A stretch of 64,000 bases of DNA from positions 111,974,001-112,038,000 of the forward strand of contig CM059431.1 of assembly GCA_030390025.1 (NCBI GenBank), given 5' to 3'. The notes below the pieces were generated by a model, which had not been told where the DNA came from, searched no databases, and saw only the letters and a program-made list of their open reading frames with translations. The stretch is from Squalus acanthias. Taxonomy: Eukaryota. Of the stretch, positions 1 to 13,084 are shown piece by piece. How positions within the stretch are numbered: the stretch's first letter is position 1; every line of letters starts with the position of its first letter. The position numbers and the translations under genes are program-made.

Positions 1-257
1 CCTCCACTTGCTGTAGGTACACGTGGGCAGATACACTCCTGAGTGCAAAATTCAGTGTTCACTGACTTACTATTAATATTTTGTTTAATAGCACAAAATA
101 GTATAAAACGCCAGCTTATGCAGGTGAGACAATTGAATGAATGTAATCCTCTGTACCCTGATAGGAGTGAAATCTCTTTGTATCTTATTGGCAAAACAAC
201 ATTAACGTGAGTTCAGTTACTTGTGATAAAATGTTGCGTGATGGTTGCTGATATCCG

Positions 258-725
258 TGTCAGCTGTGGCTCAGTGGGCAGCACACTCGCCTCGGAGTCA
301 GAAGGTCGTGGGTTCAAGTCCCACTCCAGGGACTTGAGCGCATAAAGCTAGACTGACACTCCAGTGCAGTGCTGAGGGAGTGCTGCACTGTCAGAGGTGC
401 CGTCTTTCAGATGAGATGTTAAACCGAAGCCCCGTCTGCTCACTCGGGTAGATGTAAAAGATCCCATGGCCACTATTTCGAAGAAGAGCAGGGGAGTTAT
501 CCCTGGTGTTCTGGCCAATATTTATCCCTCAACCAACATCATAAAAACAGATTATCTGGTCATTATCACATTGCTGTTTGTGGGAGCTTGCTGTGCGCAA
601 ATTGGCTGCCGCGTTTCTCCACATTACAACAGTGACTCCACTTCAAAAAAGTACTTAATTGGCTGTAAAGTGCTTTGAGACGTCCGGTGGTCGTGAAAGG
701 CGCTATAGAAATGCAAGTCTTTACT
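258..725 (+). mobile_element. tRNA-derived Deu-domain SINE (SacSINE1/AmnSINE1-like)
   Basis: A box TGGCTCAGTGG and B box GGTTCAAGTCC. Deu core GGTGCCGTCTTTC.GATGAGA.GTTAAACCG..GATCCCATGGCAC. L2-like tail AAAGGCGCTATA.AAATGCAAGT. Confidence 0.85.
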
Positions 726-1359
726 TTTTATCCATATGATCATTGAGATGCGGAATTTATTGGCCAACAGTGCAGCAGCTGTGTTTCCTCAAATAAAATC
801 CCTCATTACCTTTGTCATGAGAATCTGAGACTGTTGTTAATGTTCCTGCTTTGGTGGTTGCATAAAATTGCAGTAGATTCACGTGATCAGACAGCTACCA
901 TTGACGTTCTCGAACTGTAAGCAAGTAGCCCCACGCCATTATAAAGCTTAGACCTGCAAAAGCACTGTGTGGGAGCTATGATGGCACTAGTATGATCACA
1001 CCATTGTCCTATTTGCTTGTTGCGTGACAGTGGATTGACTGGTTGCCTCCTGGGCTTTAAACAATAGATTGCTGTGGGGCTTTCTACGCAGGCCTAACTA
1101 TCTTTCTCTTCAGACAATAGATTCAAATGTTGGAATTTGTTCGGCACAACCCTCTGACGTTTATATAAATAGTATGAGTCAGTGTGCTGTCTCTCAAGGA
1201 TTTCAGTCTTTTCAAGTTGCAACTTGCTCTGTCAGTGGTTTTGTGAGCTGACATTGTAGTGGCATAGTTATGCTAATCACCTGCCATGATTTCTGGGGGT
1301 AACTTTGTATAATACATTTTCACTTTTTCCAACTTGGGCACTTCACACCCAAGGATTAC

Positions 1360-1740
1360 ATACATAGGATATACGACACAGAAACAGGCCATTCGGCCCA
1401 GCCAGTCCATGCCAGCGTTTATGCTCCACTCGAGCCTCCTCCTGTCTTTCCTCATCTAAATCTATCAGCGTAACCCTCTATTCCCTTCTCCCTCATATGT
1501 TTGTCTAGCCTCCCCTTCAATGCATCTGTACTATTCGCTTCAACCAGTCCCTGTGATAGCGAGTTCCACATTCTCACCACTCTTTGGGTAAGGAAGTTTC
1601 TTCTGAATTCCCTATTGGATTTCTTGGTGACTCTCTTATATTGATGGCCTCTAGTTAAGCTCTTCCCCACGAGTGGAAACATTCTCTCTGTATCTACTCT
1701 ATCAAAACCTTTCATAATTTTAAAGACCTCTATTAGGTCC
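1360..1740 (-). mobile_element. CR1 LINE 3' fragment
   Basis: DLIEVFKIMKGFDRV..TRGH..FLTQRVVRMWNSL followed by a 3' UTR. Confidence 0.88.
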
Positions 1741-2633
1741 CAAGTAGTGGGGACCGTGTACTCCATGTTTACAGTCACGCAACCACTGCGTGCATGTTAT
1801 AATAAAGATTTCCAATTGTAGACCCAGAAACTTGACTACCATTTGTATGGATGCATTGCAGCTAGGTACTGAAAACTTGAATCATGTTGTTGATTTGCAG
1901 TGAGAGTGTAAAGGAAGTGTGGATTTCGTCTTATAAATCTCGAACAATTACTCCATTTGGGATTGTAGCAAAGAGAAATCATACAGACCAACAATTTAAG
2001 TTATTATGATGCTCGACCTTATTGTTAGCTGTTGGCAATGTAGAATTGAAAGACGATTTGAAAATATTCAAATTACAAGCTAAGGATTTTTTTTAAGGAA
2101 CAGAGTGCCAAAATTAACTGTAATCTGCCTTAAGCGTTCAACAGACATTTTACTTTGCAACTTGATTTTTTTCCCTGTGCTAAATTTTCGTGGTGTCCAA
2201 ATAGTGGTTGAATTACTACTTTTACATTTGATGCCTGTTTTAGAAGTTAAACATCAAGCTCATTGGCAAACCTGTGACACCGTTTTATGCTATAAGGATA
2301 CTTATTGTTTTGTATAATGCATGCCCTTTCTCTTTTAAATCCGGGGTGGGGGGAGGGGTAACTATCAATTTACATACAAAGTGGGAGCCAATACTAAATG
2401 CTGACCGTTTCTAAGTGCATATTATAATGGAGATTTCCAATTGAAGCCTAGGTTGACCCATCAGAGAATTGAACATTACTCCAAATCTGGAGAGGCCTTT
2501 CCAGCATTTTTCAGTGCCTTAAAACTCAATTATTTTTAAGATGCCAATATAAACCATGCAGCACAATAGTCAAGTTGGAGTCGTGATGTTGGAGAATATG
2601 TGTGGGTTCAAAAAAATGATTTGATGTTCAATA

Positions 2634-3497
2634 GTGTCAGTTGTGGCTCAGTTGGTAGCACACTTGCCTCGGAGTCAGAAGGTTGTGGGTTCAAGTCCCA
2701 CTCCAGGGACTTGAGCACAAAAATCTAGGCTGACACTCCAGTGCAGTGCTGCGCTGTCGGAGGTGCCGTCTTTCGGATGAGACGTTAAACCGAGGCCCTG
2801 CCTGCTCTCTCAGGTGGATGTGAAAGATCCCATGGCACTATTTCGAAGAAGAGCAGGGGAGTTATCCCTGGTGTCCTGGCCAATATTTATCCCTCAATCA
2901 ACATCACTAAAACAATTTTTTTTTAATTTGTTGCTGGGATGTGGGTGTCACCGGCAAGGCCAGCATTTATTGCCCATCCCTAATTGCCCTCGAGAAGGTG
3001 GTGGTGAGCCGCCTTCTTGAACCACTGTTCCTTGTAGTGTTTTTTTTACAACTGAGTGGCTTGCTCGGCCATTTCAGAGGGCAGTTAAGAGTCAACCACA
3101 TTGCTGTGGTTCTGGAGTCACATATAGATCAGACTGGGTAAGGATGGCAGGTTTCCTTCCCTGAAGGACATTAGTGAACCAGATGGGTTTTTACGACAAT
3201 ACGATAGTTTCATGGTCACCATACTGATACTAGCTTTTTATTCCAGATTTATTTAATTAACTGAATTTAAATTCCCCAGCTGCCGTGGTGGGATTTGAAC
3301 TCCCGTCTTCGGATCATTAGTCCAGGCCTCTGGATTACTAGTCCAGTAACATAACCACTATGCTACCGTTCCCGATAATTATCTGGTCATTATCACATTG
3401 CTGTTTGTGGGATCTTGCTGTGCGCAAATTGGCTGTAAAGCACTTTGAGATGTCCGGTGGTCGTGAAAGGCGCTATGTAAATGCAAGTCTTTCTTTA
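2634..3497 (+). mobile_element. Deu-domain SINE interrupted by another SINE at 2915-3373
   Basis: Matches the 258-725 copy up to ACATCACTAAAACA (2914) and resumes at ATTATCTGGTC (about 3378). Confidence 0.85.
2915..3373 (-). mobile_element. Second tRNA-derived SINE family, nested
   Basis: The - strand begins GGGAACGGTAGCATAGTGGTT..GAGTTCAAATCCCACC (A and B boxes). The tail matches the LINE 3' end at 42575-42665 and ends in an A-rich run. Confidence 0.75.
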
Positions 3498-4852
3498 GTG
3501 TGTCATCTAGCTCACTAGTGGTCGGGTCTGCATTTTAACAGAGATTTGCTTTTAATAAATTCATCTCGATCACTTTCTAATAACTGGTTTGAGCCACTGC
3601 TCTGCTGTCGACCCGATCTGACTCTTTATCTACAATGAAATGCTAAAGCTAACGATTCTGTATAACTTACTTTAAAGGAATAAAATGTTGATATTAAAAA
3701 TAGTAATTGCATGAACAGAATGCAGTCTATTCTGCTACCAAAATCTTTTTATATCTGATCCAGATATTTCCTGCCCCAGAATGATATTTAAGGGACCCCG
3801 GAGCTTGTCCAAAATGTTCTTTTAGTTAAATCCTTGTCCGTCTTCAGTAATTGGTTAATGCCCGTGTTAAAATAGTGCTAATGGGGAAAATCTCGGCCTT
3901 TGTATCTTAAGCTGCTTTTACATTTTAGCTCTTGATTCTGTGAGCTGACTCCTTTTTTATTTATGCTGTTAAATCTAGTTTCTGCTGCTCAGTGGCAGAC
4001 TTGGAGACTCAAGTAAAACTGCACCCATAAAAGTCTGCCGCCCGAATATAGAAAATGGATTTAACACCAGGCTCCTGGAATCTAAATTAAAATCAATATA
4101 AAAGTAGTTTCAAAGTGCCACAAATACTTGTTCTCTTTATATTCAAATGTACACACTGGGGCGATTAAGCGTGGATTTCACTGACTCACGGTGCTGCTCA
4201 GGGTACTGTAGTTATCGGATTCCTCTTTGAACTCTGGCTCTTGTGTAGACTTCAGATTTCCGGTCCTAGAGAGACCGTCTCCTGAGCTAACCACTATTTT
4301 CCTTTGCCGTGAGATCAAAGTATATTTTTAAGCTAACTGCTGGTCACCTTTTTAATAGCAGAGGTGTCAAATTTTCCACACTGCAAGAAGGCAACCCATT
4401 AGTAACGGTGACTCCCCAGAGCGTGGAAACTTTGATTTTGCACTTGTGTGCTGCCTTTAATAACTCACTTTAGATTTCTATTCTTCCCGATGCCTATATG
4501 TATAAGATGGCCTCCTACTTTAAATCCCCAAATTCATGTTTTGTACATGTGAATATATATATATGGTTCCTTCAGTTTTCTTGGCCTCTTACAATTGTTT
4601 TTAAAACCCAAGATTTATGTCACTTCTCCGCCTCCCTCTCCTCCTTTAAAGATGCTCACCTCAAAACCTACCTCTTTGGCCAAGCTTTTGGTCACCTGTC
4701 CTGATATCTCCTTATGTGACTCGGTGTCAAATATTTTCTGATAACGCTCCTGTGAAGCGCCTTGGGACGTTTTACTATGTTAACGGCGCTATATAAATGC
4801 AAGTTGTTGTTAACACCCAGTTCTTGATTTATTGTGTCTTTTCTCCTTTACA

Positions 4853-5290
4853 GTGTCAGCTCAGTGGGTAGCACTCTCTCCCCAGAAGGTTGTGGGTTCA
4901 CGACCCACTCAGAGACTTGAACACAAAAATCTAGGCTGACACTCCAGTACAGTGCTGAGGGAGTGCTGCACTGTCGAAGGTGCTGTCTTTCAGATGAGAC
5001 GTTAAACCGAGACCCCGTCTGCTCTCTCAGGTGGACGTAAAAGATCCCATGGCACTATTTCGAAGAAGAGCAGGGGAGTTATTCCCGGTGTCCTGGTCAC
5101 TATTTATCCCTCAATCAACATCACTTAAACAGATTATCTGGTCATTATCAAATTGCTGTTTGTGGGAGCTTGCTGTGTTTCCTACATTACAACAGTGACT
5201 CCACTTCAAAAAAAAAATTACTTCATTGGCTGTAAAGCACTTTGGGACGTCCGGTGGTCGTGAAAAGCGCTATATAAATGCAAGTCTTTT
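4853..5290 (+). mobile_element. Deu-domain SINE
   Basis: Colinear with 258-725. Confidence 0.85.
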
Positions 5291-5424
5291 TTTTTCCCCT
5301 ATTCTTTTCCCAACTTGGACTATAGGCTATGGCCCTACATCTAAGTTTCTTAACTTTCTTCATGTTAAAAAAAAAAGTTACTGCCGTTTTGGGGAGGTGG
5401 AAACATTGTGCATTTTAACGTCAT

Positions 5425-5935
5425 TGGGTAGAGTTTCCGCTTTGGGTGCAATTGGCAATCCGGGCGCCAATTGCCGCTAAAATTGCGCTAGATTTGAGAA
5501 TGTTTTTTCTCAAGTTTCCGATCGAACTCATTTGCATATCGCTGAAATCTGCCATGAGCCAGCGCAATTGGGCAGCGTTTTAGAATGTAATTAAAAAAAA
5601 ATTGTTTGCTTTAAAAAAAAAATATTCTGCGTGAAATTGGTGCAGTTTGATTTATACAGCTGAAAATGGTTATCACATCCGAGTGTCTAGTTCACTAGCT
5701 GTGGAGTATCCCGATTTTAAATAACTGAAAATGACTTTTTAACAATCTACAGAACCATTTGATTCGATCAGGGGGCGTGGACAGCTTCCAGCGCAATGTG
5801 TTTTTATCGCGGAAACTTGATTTGCGCTGGACGTAATTTGTACTTGAAATTCCGCAATCTTTTGTGTTTGGTTTGGCTGATTTAGGGCGAATTGTGCTCA
5901 CAAAAACCAGGGCAACCTAGCGGAAACTGCAGGCT
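5425..5935. mobile_element. TIR MITE (Harbinger-like), same family as 57661-58368
   Basis: Both ends share AGTTTCCGCT in inverted orientation. The left end aligns with the reverse complement of 58300-58368. Confidence 0.55.
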
Positions 5936-6384
5936 GTAGTTTTTATTCCCAGTCACCAATTAAATTGGCCTACTGGCTTATGGCAACCAAATAAATCAAA
6001 TTCCTTTTTTATTACATGGTATACTGGGATTTTTTTATCAGTATTTTGGGACTCGCAGTCTATTCACTTCCTTTGTGGAAAAACTAGAAACCCCATGTCT
6101 ACCTCTTAAATCAAGAGTGCACAGTCTTTTTTCCTCCCTGAACTGTTTATTTGCATATCATGGAGCCCATGCAGGCAGCCTGTAAATAAGATAAAAACAC
6201 GTTTTGGTTTAAAAACGAGTAAATTTACACTTTGCACTCCTCTGGCACTATTAAGTTTGCCGCTCACCTGATCACTCTTTCAATGGCTGACTTTGAACTT
6301 TGTGGGCCTGACGGCTTCGGAAAGGACTACTCTCTCTCTGGCAATTTATGCCCATATCCACCAATGAAGAAGTAGTCTCGCAAA

Positions 6385-6950
6385 GTATTTACAGCACAGA
6401 AACCAGCCATTCGGCCCAACTGGTCCGTGCCGGTGTTTATGCTCCACACGAGCCTCCTCCCACCCCTCATCATCTCACCCCATCAACATATCCTTCGATT
6501 CCTTTCTCCCTCATGTACTTACCTAGCTTCCTTTCGAATACATCTATGCTATTTGCCTAAACTACTCCCTGTGGTAGCGAGTTCCACTTTCTGGGTAAAG
6601 AAGTTTCTCCTGAATTCCCTATTGGATTTATTCGTGACTATCTTATATTTATGGCCCCTAGTTCTGTCTCACCCGCAAGTGGAAACATCTTCTCTACGTC
6701 TACCCCATCAAACCCTTTCATAATCATGAAGACCCTTATCAGGTCACTCCTCAGACTTCTCTTTTCTAGAGAAGAGCCCCAGCCTATTCAGTCTTTCCTG
6801 AGTGTTAGAACCTCTCAGTTCTGGTATCATTCTAGTAAATCATCTTTGCACCTTCTCTAGTGCCACTCTATCCTTTTGGAGACCAGAACTGTTCACAGCA
6901 CTCCCGAGTGTAGTCTAACCAAGGTTCTATATAAGTTTAACATAACTTCT
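6385..6950 (-). mobile_element. CR1 LINE 3' fragment
   Basis: Colinear with 1360-1740 and extending further 5'. Confidence 0.82.
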
Positions 6951-7049
6951 AATCTTTCAAAAAGGAACAGCATACAGTGGAAGAGAGAGAGATTCTAAAC
7001 ATGGAAAAATAGGAAACCGGTCACCCAGGACTGGGAATATGGAGACTGG

Positions 7050-7440
7050 AGTTCTGTGCTTAGAGCTCCCACTGCTCACTAAGAACGACCCTACCCATTC
7101 GGACATTGGCTTGTGGGATTATTAGAGTGGCGAAGGGAAGAATCCAGCACCCAGTGAGATATCCAAGCCTCCAGGTTCCATTAGTGATCCCAGCCACCCG
7201 ATCAATCAGCAGTGCCCTGTAGTACTGTGGAGCTGCTGTGACCAGGTATCGGATTACTAAGTCTTCCACAGAAGGTTTTAATTTGGTACCCAGAGCTCCT
7301 CACACGTGAAATGAAGAATGCATTGCCACCATCATTCTTATTCAACAAGGACACACTCCATACTCTGTGGAACAGGACCCCACCCTCTTCCAGTTTAAGA
7401 TAGAGTTTCAGCAGCAGCTGGTTCGCCTTTTGGCACACCA
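7050..7440 (-). mobile_element. Possible highly decayed RTE-type LINE remnant
   Basis: Only weak resemblance of the translated pieces to RTE ORF2 C-termini. Confidence 0.3.
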
Positions 7441-9684
7441 GTCAAGCCCTGAATAATGAATGCATGTTCTCCTCTCTGGTCTGCTGTCTTTTGCGCATCC
7501 CCAATTTTCAGCGCTCCACCATTGGTGGCCGTGCCTTCAGCTGCCTAGGCCCGAAGCTCTGGAATTCCCTCCCTAAACCTCTCCGCCTCCCTACCTCTCT
7601 CTCTCTCCGCCTTTTATACGCTCCTTAAAACCTACCTCTTTGACCAAGCTTTTGATTACCTGTCCTAATATGTGGCTTGGTATCAAATTTTGTTTGATAA
7701 CGCTCCTGTGAAGCGGCTTGGGTCATTTTACTACATTAAAGGCGCTATATAAATGCAAGTTGTTGGAATACGTTCCAGCTGCTGTTGTCTGAAGTCTGAG
7801 TTTCCCCATGAGCTATGCAGCAGACATCTGCCTTTGGCATGGTGGAAAGACCTGCACAGAGCAACTTGCAAATGCCAGCCACCTTGATGTTCTGGATGTC
7901 CAAGTCCAGTGCCATGCATCAGACTTGACCATCACAAATTGCTTAATCCAGGTTCTCATGTGAAGGGCTTTGATAGAAAGGTGTATCTGCCATGAGCTTG
8001 ACTTTCTCCCTGTGGGGCACTCCATGACGGGTCAGTGGATGCTGGAGCTGCTCGCCCTACGACTGTTTTCCTCTCGGCTGCAAGTCCACTTCAGAGCTTT
8101 GTCCTCGATCTTGCAAATGGACTGGAAGAAGTCCTAATGTTACATGCCTAGGCATTCTCAACCATGAAGGCGAACTGTTTGGAAACCCATCTTAAGCTGC
8201 AAATTTATCCTTCTTTTGTGACCCCAAATGACAGCAAAATATCATTTTCCCTTTCTCTGCATGATCTTTTATGATTGTGTAAAAGAACCTGCAGAAAAAT
8301 GCAGCGATGAGCTCTGAATTGTCCTGAAAAGTTAGTTGTGGATACCATATAAGTTTGATTCCATTTATATCCATTCAGATTTACAGTAAGTTGAATTTGC
8401 TTTCTAATTATGCAGAGTAATTTTTGGAAGTTGCGTGTCCATCAAAGCCTACCTGCTCCACTGGCTTGACTAGAAGGGAGTAACCGCTTTTAATTTTGTA
8501 GGGTTCATCCTAGTTCTGAGGTCAGTCATTTTTTTTGCCTATGTGTTTGTGATGCTTTATCCCTGCTATGAGAGAGGAGCTCTCCCCGCTAATGATGACC
8601 TTTTGGAAGGAAAGGCCTGGGAGGGGACACGCTCAAAAAAAATAAAATTGTAAATTGTTGATGCATGTAGAAATTAGGAAATGTCTTTCCACATTTCTAT
8701 TGTTCGAAGGGCCAAGAATGAATATTTTCTTTTAAAGGGAAATGAATGCTGATCTGTGAGAGATTTGTTTTGGGTATGCCATTGAATAACTGACGCTGGA
8801 GACTAGACTGCTTCATAAGGTTCAGCATTTTGGGTTGTATTTCTATTACAGGAAAAGCTCTGTGTCTTTTTAAGTAGGCAAATGTCAATGAGTTATCAGA
8901 CTTGCAAATAAATTCCAGTAGAGTTCCCCATGTCCATTGGGTAAAGTCAATGTTTCTTGAAGCACTATCCCATTCAACAGCACCTCCCAAACCCACGACC
9001 TCTCTCCACCTAGAAGGATAAGGGCAGCAGGCGAGTAGGAACACCACCACCTCCAAGTTCCCCTTCAAGTTACGCACCACCCTGACTTGGAAATAAATCG
9101 TCGTCCCTTCATCGTCGCTGGGTCAAAATCCCGGAACTCCCTCCCTAACAGCACTGTGGGTGTACCTTCACCACACGGACTGCAGCGGTTCAAGAAGGTG
9201 GCTCACCACCTCCTTCTCGAGGGCAACTAGGGATGGGCAATAAATGCCGGCCTTGCCAACGATGCCCTCATCCCATGAATGAATTCAAAAAAATGTAGAC
9301 CGGAAGACCCTTGGGCCAATTCTTGATCTGTGCTGAATTCACTAATCTCGGTTAAAACATTTGAGGCACTACAGATGTAGTGCTCTTCATAGTTAAGTAG
9401 CGTGGGACGCTTCACTGTTGACTACAGATTGGGGGAGGTGGTGGGGAAGGGCAAGGTTGTTGTGGAGTTGCACCTCTAGGGTTGGAGGCTGGTGCGCCAG
9501 ACATTCAAAGTATAGTTGAATAAAGCGTTTGTTTTTTTTAAAAGCGCATGTGGCACGTGCTGCAATCACGACTGAGCAAATGGCACTTCTCCTTATTCTA
9601 TCCTTATCAATTGTTGTTGATTTTTGTCTCTCGTGCATATCAATTTTACTGGTTATGTTTCAGAATAAACGTGTACGCTTGACT

Positions 9685-9812
9685 CAAAACAGGAAATGCT
9701 GGAAACACTCAGTAGGCCAAGCAGCATCTGTGAAGAGAACAGATGCGTTAACGTTTCCAGTGTGAACACTTTCTGTTTTTGTGTCAGGTTTCCAGTATCT
9801 GCAGTTGTTTTC
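9685..9812. mobile_element. Collapsed Penelope remnant (antisense pLTR end joined to a sense tail)
   Basis: The left part resembles 37820-37890. The right part TTCTGTTTTTG..TTTCCAGTATCTGCAG resembles the reverse complement of 37796-37830. Confidence 0.55.
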
Positions 9813-10261
9813 AGTATTCTTGACTACCTACTTAAGCGACAAACTGTCAATGGTAGCCCCCAATTTCTATGCCCCTTAAATTGCAGAAAAGTTCTTGTGC
9901 AGAGAATGCTGCCTAACTGGGACCCAACAATATAGACCCTCTCCGATTCTATGTGACTGAGGAATAGTTGCTCAAACTCATCCAAGCTCGCCGAGAGCTG
10001 TGGGTTCATGTACTGACCCATACATAGCTCAACAAGGGCTTAAGCTTGATCCCATAGCTGTGCTGAGCGAGCTGATCTCAGCCAGAGCTCATACTACTCC
10101 TCTCCTCATTTTTCCCACCACTCTTCTCTACTAACCCCTACTGGCAAGTGCTTCTGCAATTATTGGGCAAGGACAAAATCTGGTTTCTATGTCGTGCGTC
10201 AGCCTTGTGGTCAAATAGCCTGTTTGCATACGAAGAATGGTCGCTTGGGTGAAGTATAGGA

Positions 10262-10748
10262 TAGGGTTGCCAACTCTCGTTGGACGTATTCCTGGAGATT
10301 TGATCAGGTGATATCGGGTGCCAAAAACTGAGCTGCAATGGTGGTGCCGGATGCCCACAGTGCCCTGCGCCGCTGAATCTGCTCTACGGTGTGCGTGGAG
10401 CGACCATGTGTGCGCACACATCCTCGTTGGCTATGGGAGCAGCTGCATTGAAATCTAGAAAGAACAAACTGTGCTGTTCCAGATGCAGCAGCAGTGGTCA
10501 CCAAGCGAGCTTGCGAATATTTCCATATTACATTGAATTTACAGCACAGAAACAGGCCATTCGGCCCAACTGGTCTATGCCGTCATTTATGCTCCACACG
10601 AGCCTCCTCCCACCCCTCTTCAACTAACGCTATCGACATATCCTTCTATTTCTTATTGTTCTCCCGGGTTAGCTCGCAGGATTACCCGGGAGATCCATGT
10701 TCAATTCCGGGATACTCCCGGGACAATCCTGAAGAGTGGGCGACCCTA
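10262..10748. mobile_element. Non-autonomous hAT element carrying a nested CR1 3' end
   Basis: TIRs TAGGGTTGCCAACTCT and AGAGTGGGCGACCCTA. Perfect 8-bp TSD GTATAGGA at 10254-10261 and 10749-10756. CR1 tail (-) at about 10535-10650. Confidence 0.85.
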
Positions 10749-11894
10749 GTATAGGAAGGATTGTGTTGCCTAAGGATCTGTATTCTAGGATCTGTATTCT
10801 AGTATAAGACAAGAGGGGAGGACCTAGGCAGAAAAAATGATCTTTTTGTGGTCAAAGCTACAAAGTCATATTTTACTTCCTTTTAGTGGATGTGGTTTTG
10901 AATTTTTTTTTCAGAAGTACCAGAGACCCTCTTTAATCAAAACAGACTCCTTGTCATCTTAGCTGTACAGTTTCTTTGCCTGTGATTTTATACTTTTATT
11001 AAAAATAACTAGCATTCGCTGTAATTTAACGGAAAATCTGTGTCGCCACTCTCCCATTTTTGTACGATGTCCAGTTGACTTTCAATCTGACTACACTGTG
11101 AATAGTTCTGGAAAATGTTGCAAGACGGTTGATTTTAAGTCTCGTCCCACTACCGTGTATTAGATTCGTACGTAACTCTTCACTTCAGGCTCTTGGATTC
11201 TCCTCTCCTTTCAGTCAGAAGGTAACTTCTTGCATTTTATTTTCCTTATGGTTTTTGCCAGAATCGTAGAATAGTACAGCACAGGAGGAAACCATTCAAC
11301 CCATCGAGTTTGCGGCGGCTCTTTCGAAGAGCAATCCAGTTAGTCCCGCTCCCCGGCTCTTTCCCCATATCCCTGCACTTTCTTCTCCTTCAGTCTGTTG
11401 CAGCAAGCGTCAGAGTTCGTTGTTGATGGCTCTTTTGCTCGCTATTGTTTGGTGTTTTGTTTCCATGGTATATAGTAAACAGTATTGTATTGTAGGGAGT
11501 TCATAGTCTCTCCTAGCCTGGAGGGGGCACTATTTGAGTGCTCAGCGTGTAGCAATGTTGCAATGTTTTAATGTAGGACTGGGTATGTTTACACAACAGA
11601 ATAATTATATAAGAACTAATTGCACACTGGTTTGTTGGCTATAATAACCTCCTGACACAGCTACTATCACAAGATTAATCTTTATTATAGATTTTAGTCC
11701 ACTAGACATATCTACTAATTAAAGTATTATTGTATTTTCATTCAATAGATTTTTTTTACATAAATTTGATAACTTTTTATACATTAAAAAAAAAATCCTC
11801 TCTTGCGCTATATGGAACCTGTTGCCAAATCTCTCGACAATCCTGCTATTAAAACTATTACTTTATGATACTTGCAAGCGCTTTATTTCCCCCA

Positions 11895-12030
11895 AATGCA
11901 AAATACTGCGGATGCTGGCAAATGGAAAATACTGGAAGCGCACAACAGGTTCGGCAGCACCCGCGGAGAGCATAGTGGAATTAACATGTCGGGTGTGGAC
12001 CCTTTGTCACAACTGGAAGATGGTCCGGAT
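11895..12030 (-). mobile_element. Decayed Penelope pLTR end with tail
   Basis: GCAAAATACTGCGGATGCTGG.. is similar to 37787-37920. Its hammerhead core is degenerate. Similar remnants lie at about 47795-47900 and 59168-59265. Confidence 0.6.
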
Positions 12031-12379
12031 GAACAGCATTTGAACCAATAACAGCTTGCATTTATACAGTGTTTTAACGGAGTAAAACGTCCCAAGGCGC
12101 TTCACGGGAGCATCAGAACACGATGCTGTGACCTGCTCCTTTTCCTTCTACCTACTTGCACCACTTTGCCAATTTTTTGTGCTTCCATTTCTATCTGCTT
12201 GATCTCCCATCTCCTTCAGCTATTCACACATTCTTTGTGTCTCGCATATGCCTTTTATTTCTTTAACTTCTCGGATTATCCCTCCTGTTGCCTTATGGTA
12301 ATACCACTTCAGCCATTAAACCATCTCCTCTTTTGCATTTGAGCACTTTACAGGTCATTCTGTTTCTTTTTGTGTGTAT

Positions 12380-13070
12380 GTCGTTTTCCTTATCTTTGGT
12401 TCTGTTCCTGTTTAAATGCTGTTCAGCTGTAATATCTTTGGCGCCGCCTTCTCCTTCGAGCACCTTGTCACGTTCCACCTCTCTCGCCTCCTTTTAAAAT
12501 CTGTTGTCTACTGCTCTACCTGCCTCCGCGCCCACACCCCCTCCCACCAAGCCGCACCCTGAGTTTCTCCCCGTGATATCCTCCCTTGGGCTCTGCACTG
12601 AACAACACCTCACTTTTTGTGATTTCAATCTCCATCTCCCTTTGTCAACTCTCGTCTACCAAAACCTGGAGACAACCACCCTTTCTCCACTGCCAACCAG
12701 CTCCTTAAATCTCTCTTCCCCCGCCCCGCCACCCTCACCTGTGAGAACAAGTACGAGGAGCTTGTGGGCATTTTTTGTCACCAAAATTGAGTCCATCTAT
12801 TCAGCTGGCTCTTCTGTTTCCCCTGGCTGTTCTCTTTACGCAGCAAACCAAACCTCCTCCCAAGACCTCCTGCCTGAGCTCTGAATCCCTGTCACACTCT
12901 CTAGTTTCTGTCCCACCTCCCTCCCATGTCCCTCCAAGCTCATCTCATCCATGCAACTCAACTTATGTTCCCATGACCCCATTCTCACTAAACTGCTATC
13001 CCCCCAACTTCCCTTCCTGGCCCCGTGCTAGCTGACATTGTAAATGGTTCATTGTCCTCGGGTGACCAAC
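12380..13070 (+). mobile_element. Decayed L2 internal fragments
   Basis: Patchy similarity to 23670-24780 (e.g. CTCTGCACTGAACAAC, GCTAGCTGACATTGT). Confidence 0.6.
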
Positions 13071-13084
13071 TACCGTCACTGAAA

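Noticed and set aside
258..330. tRNA genes at the starts of the SINEs
   Set aside because: The A and B boxes run directly into SINE bodies present in six copies, and no complete cloverleaf is evident.
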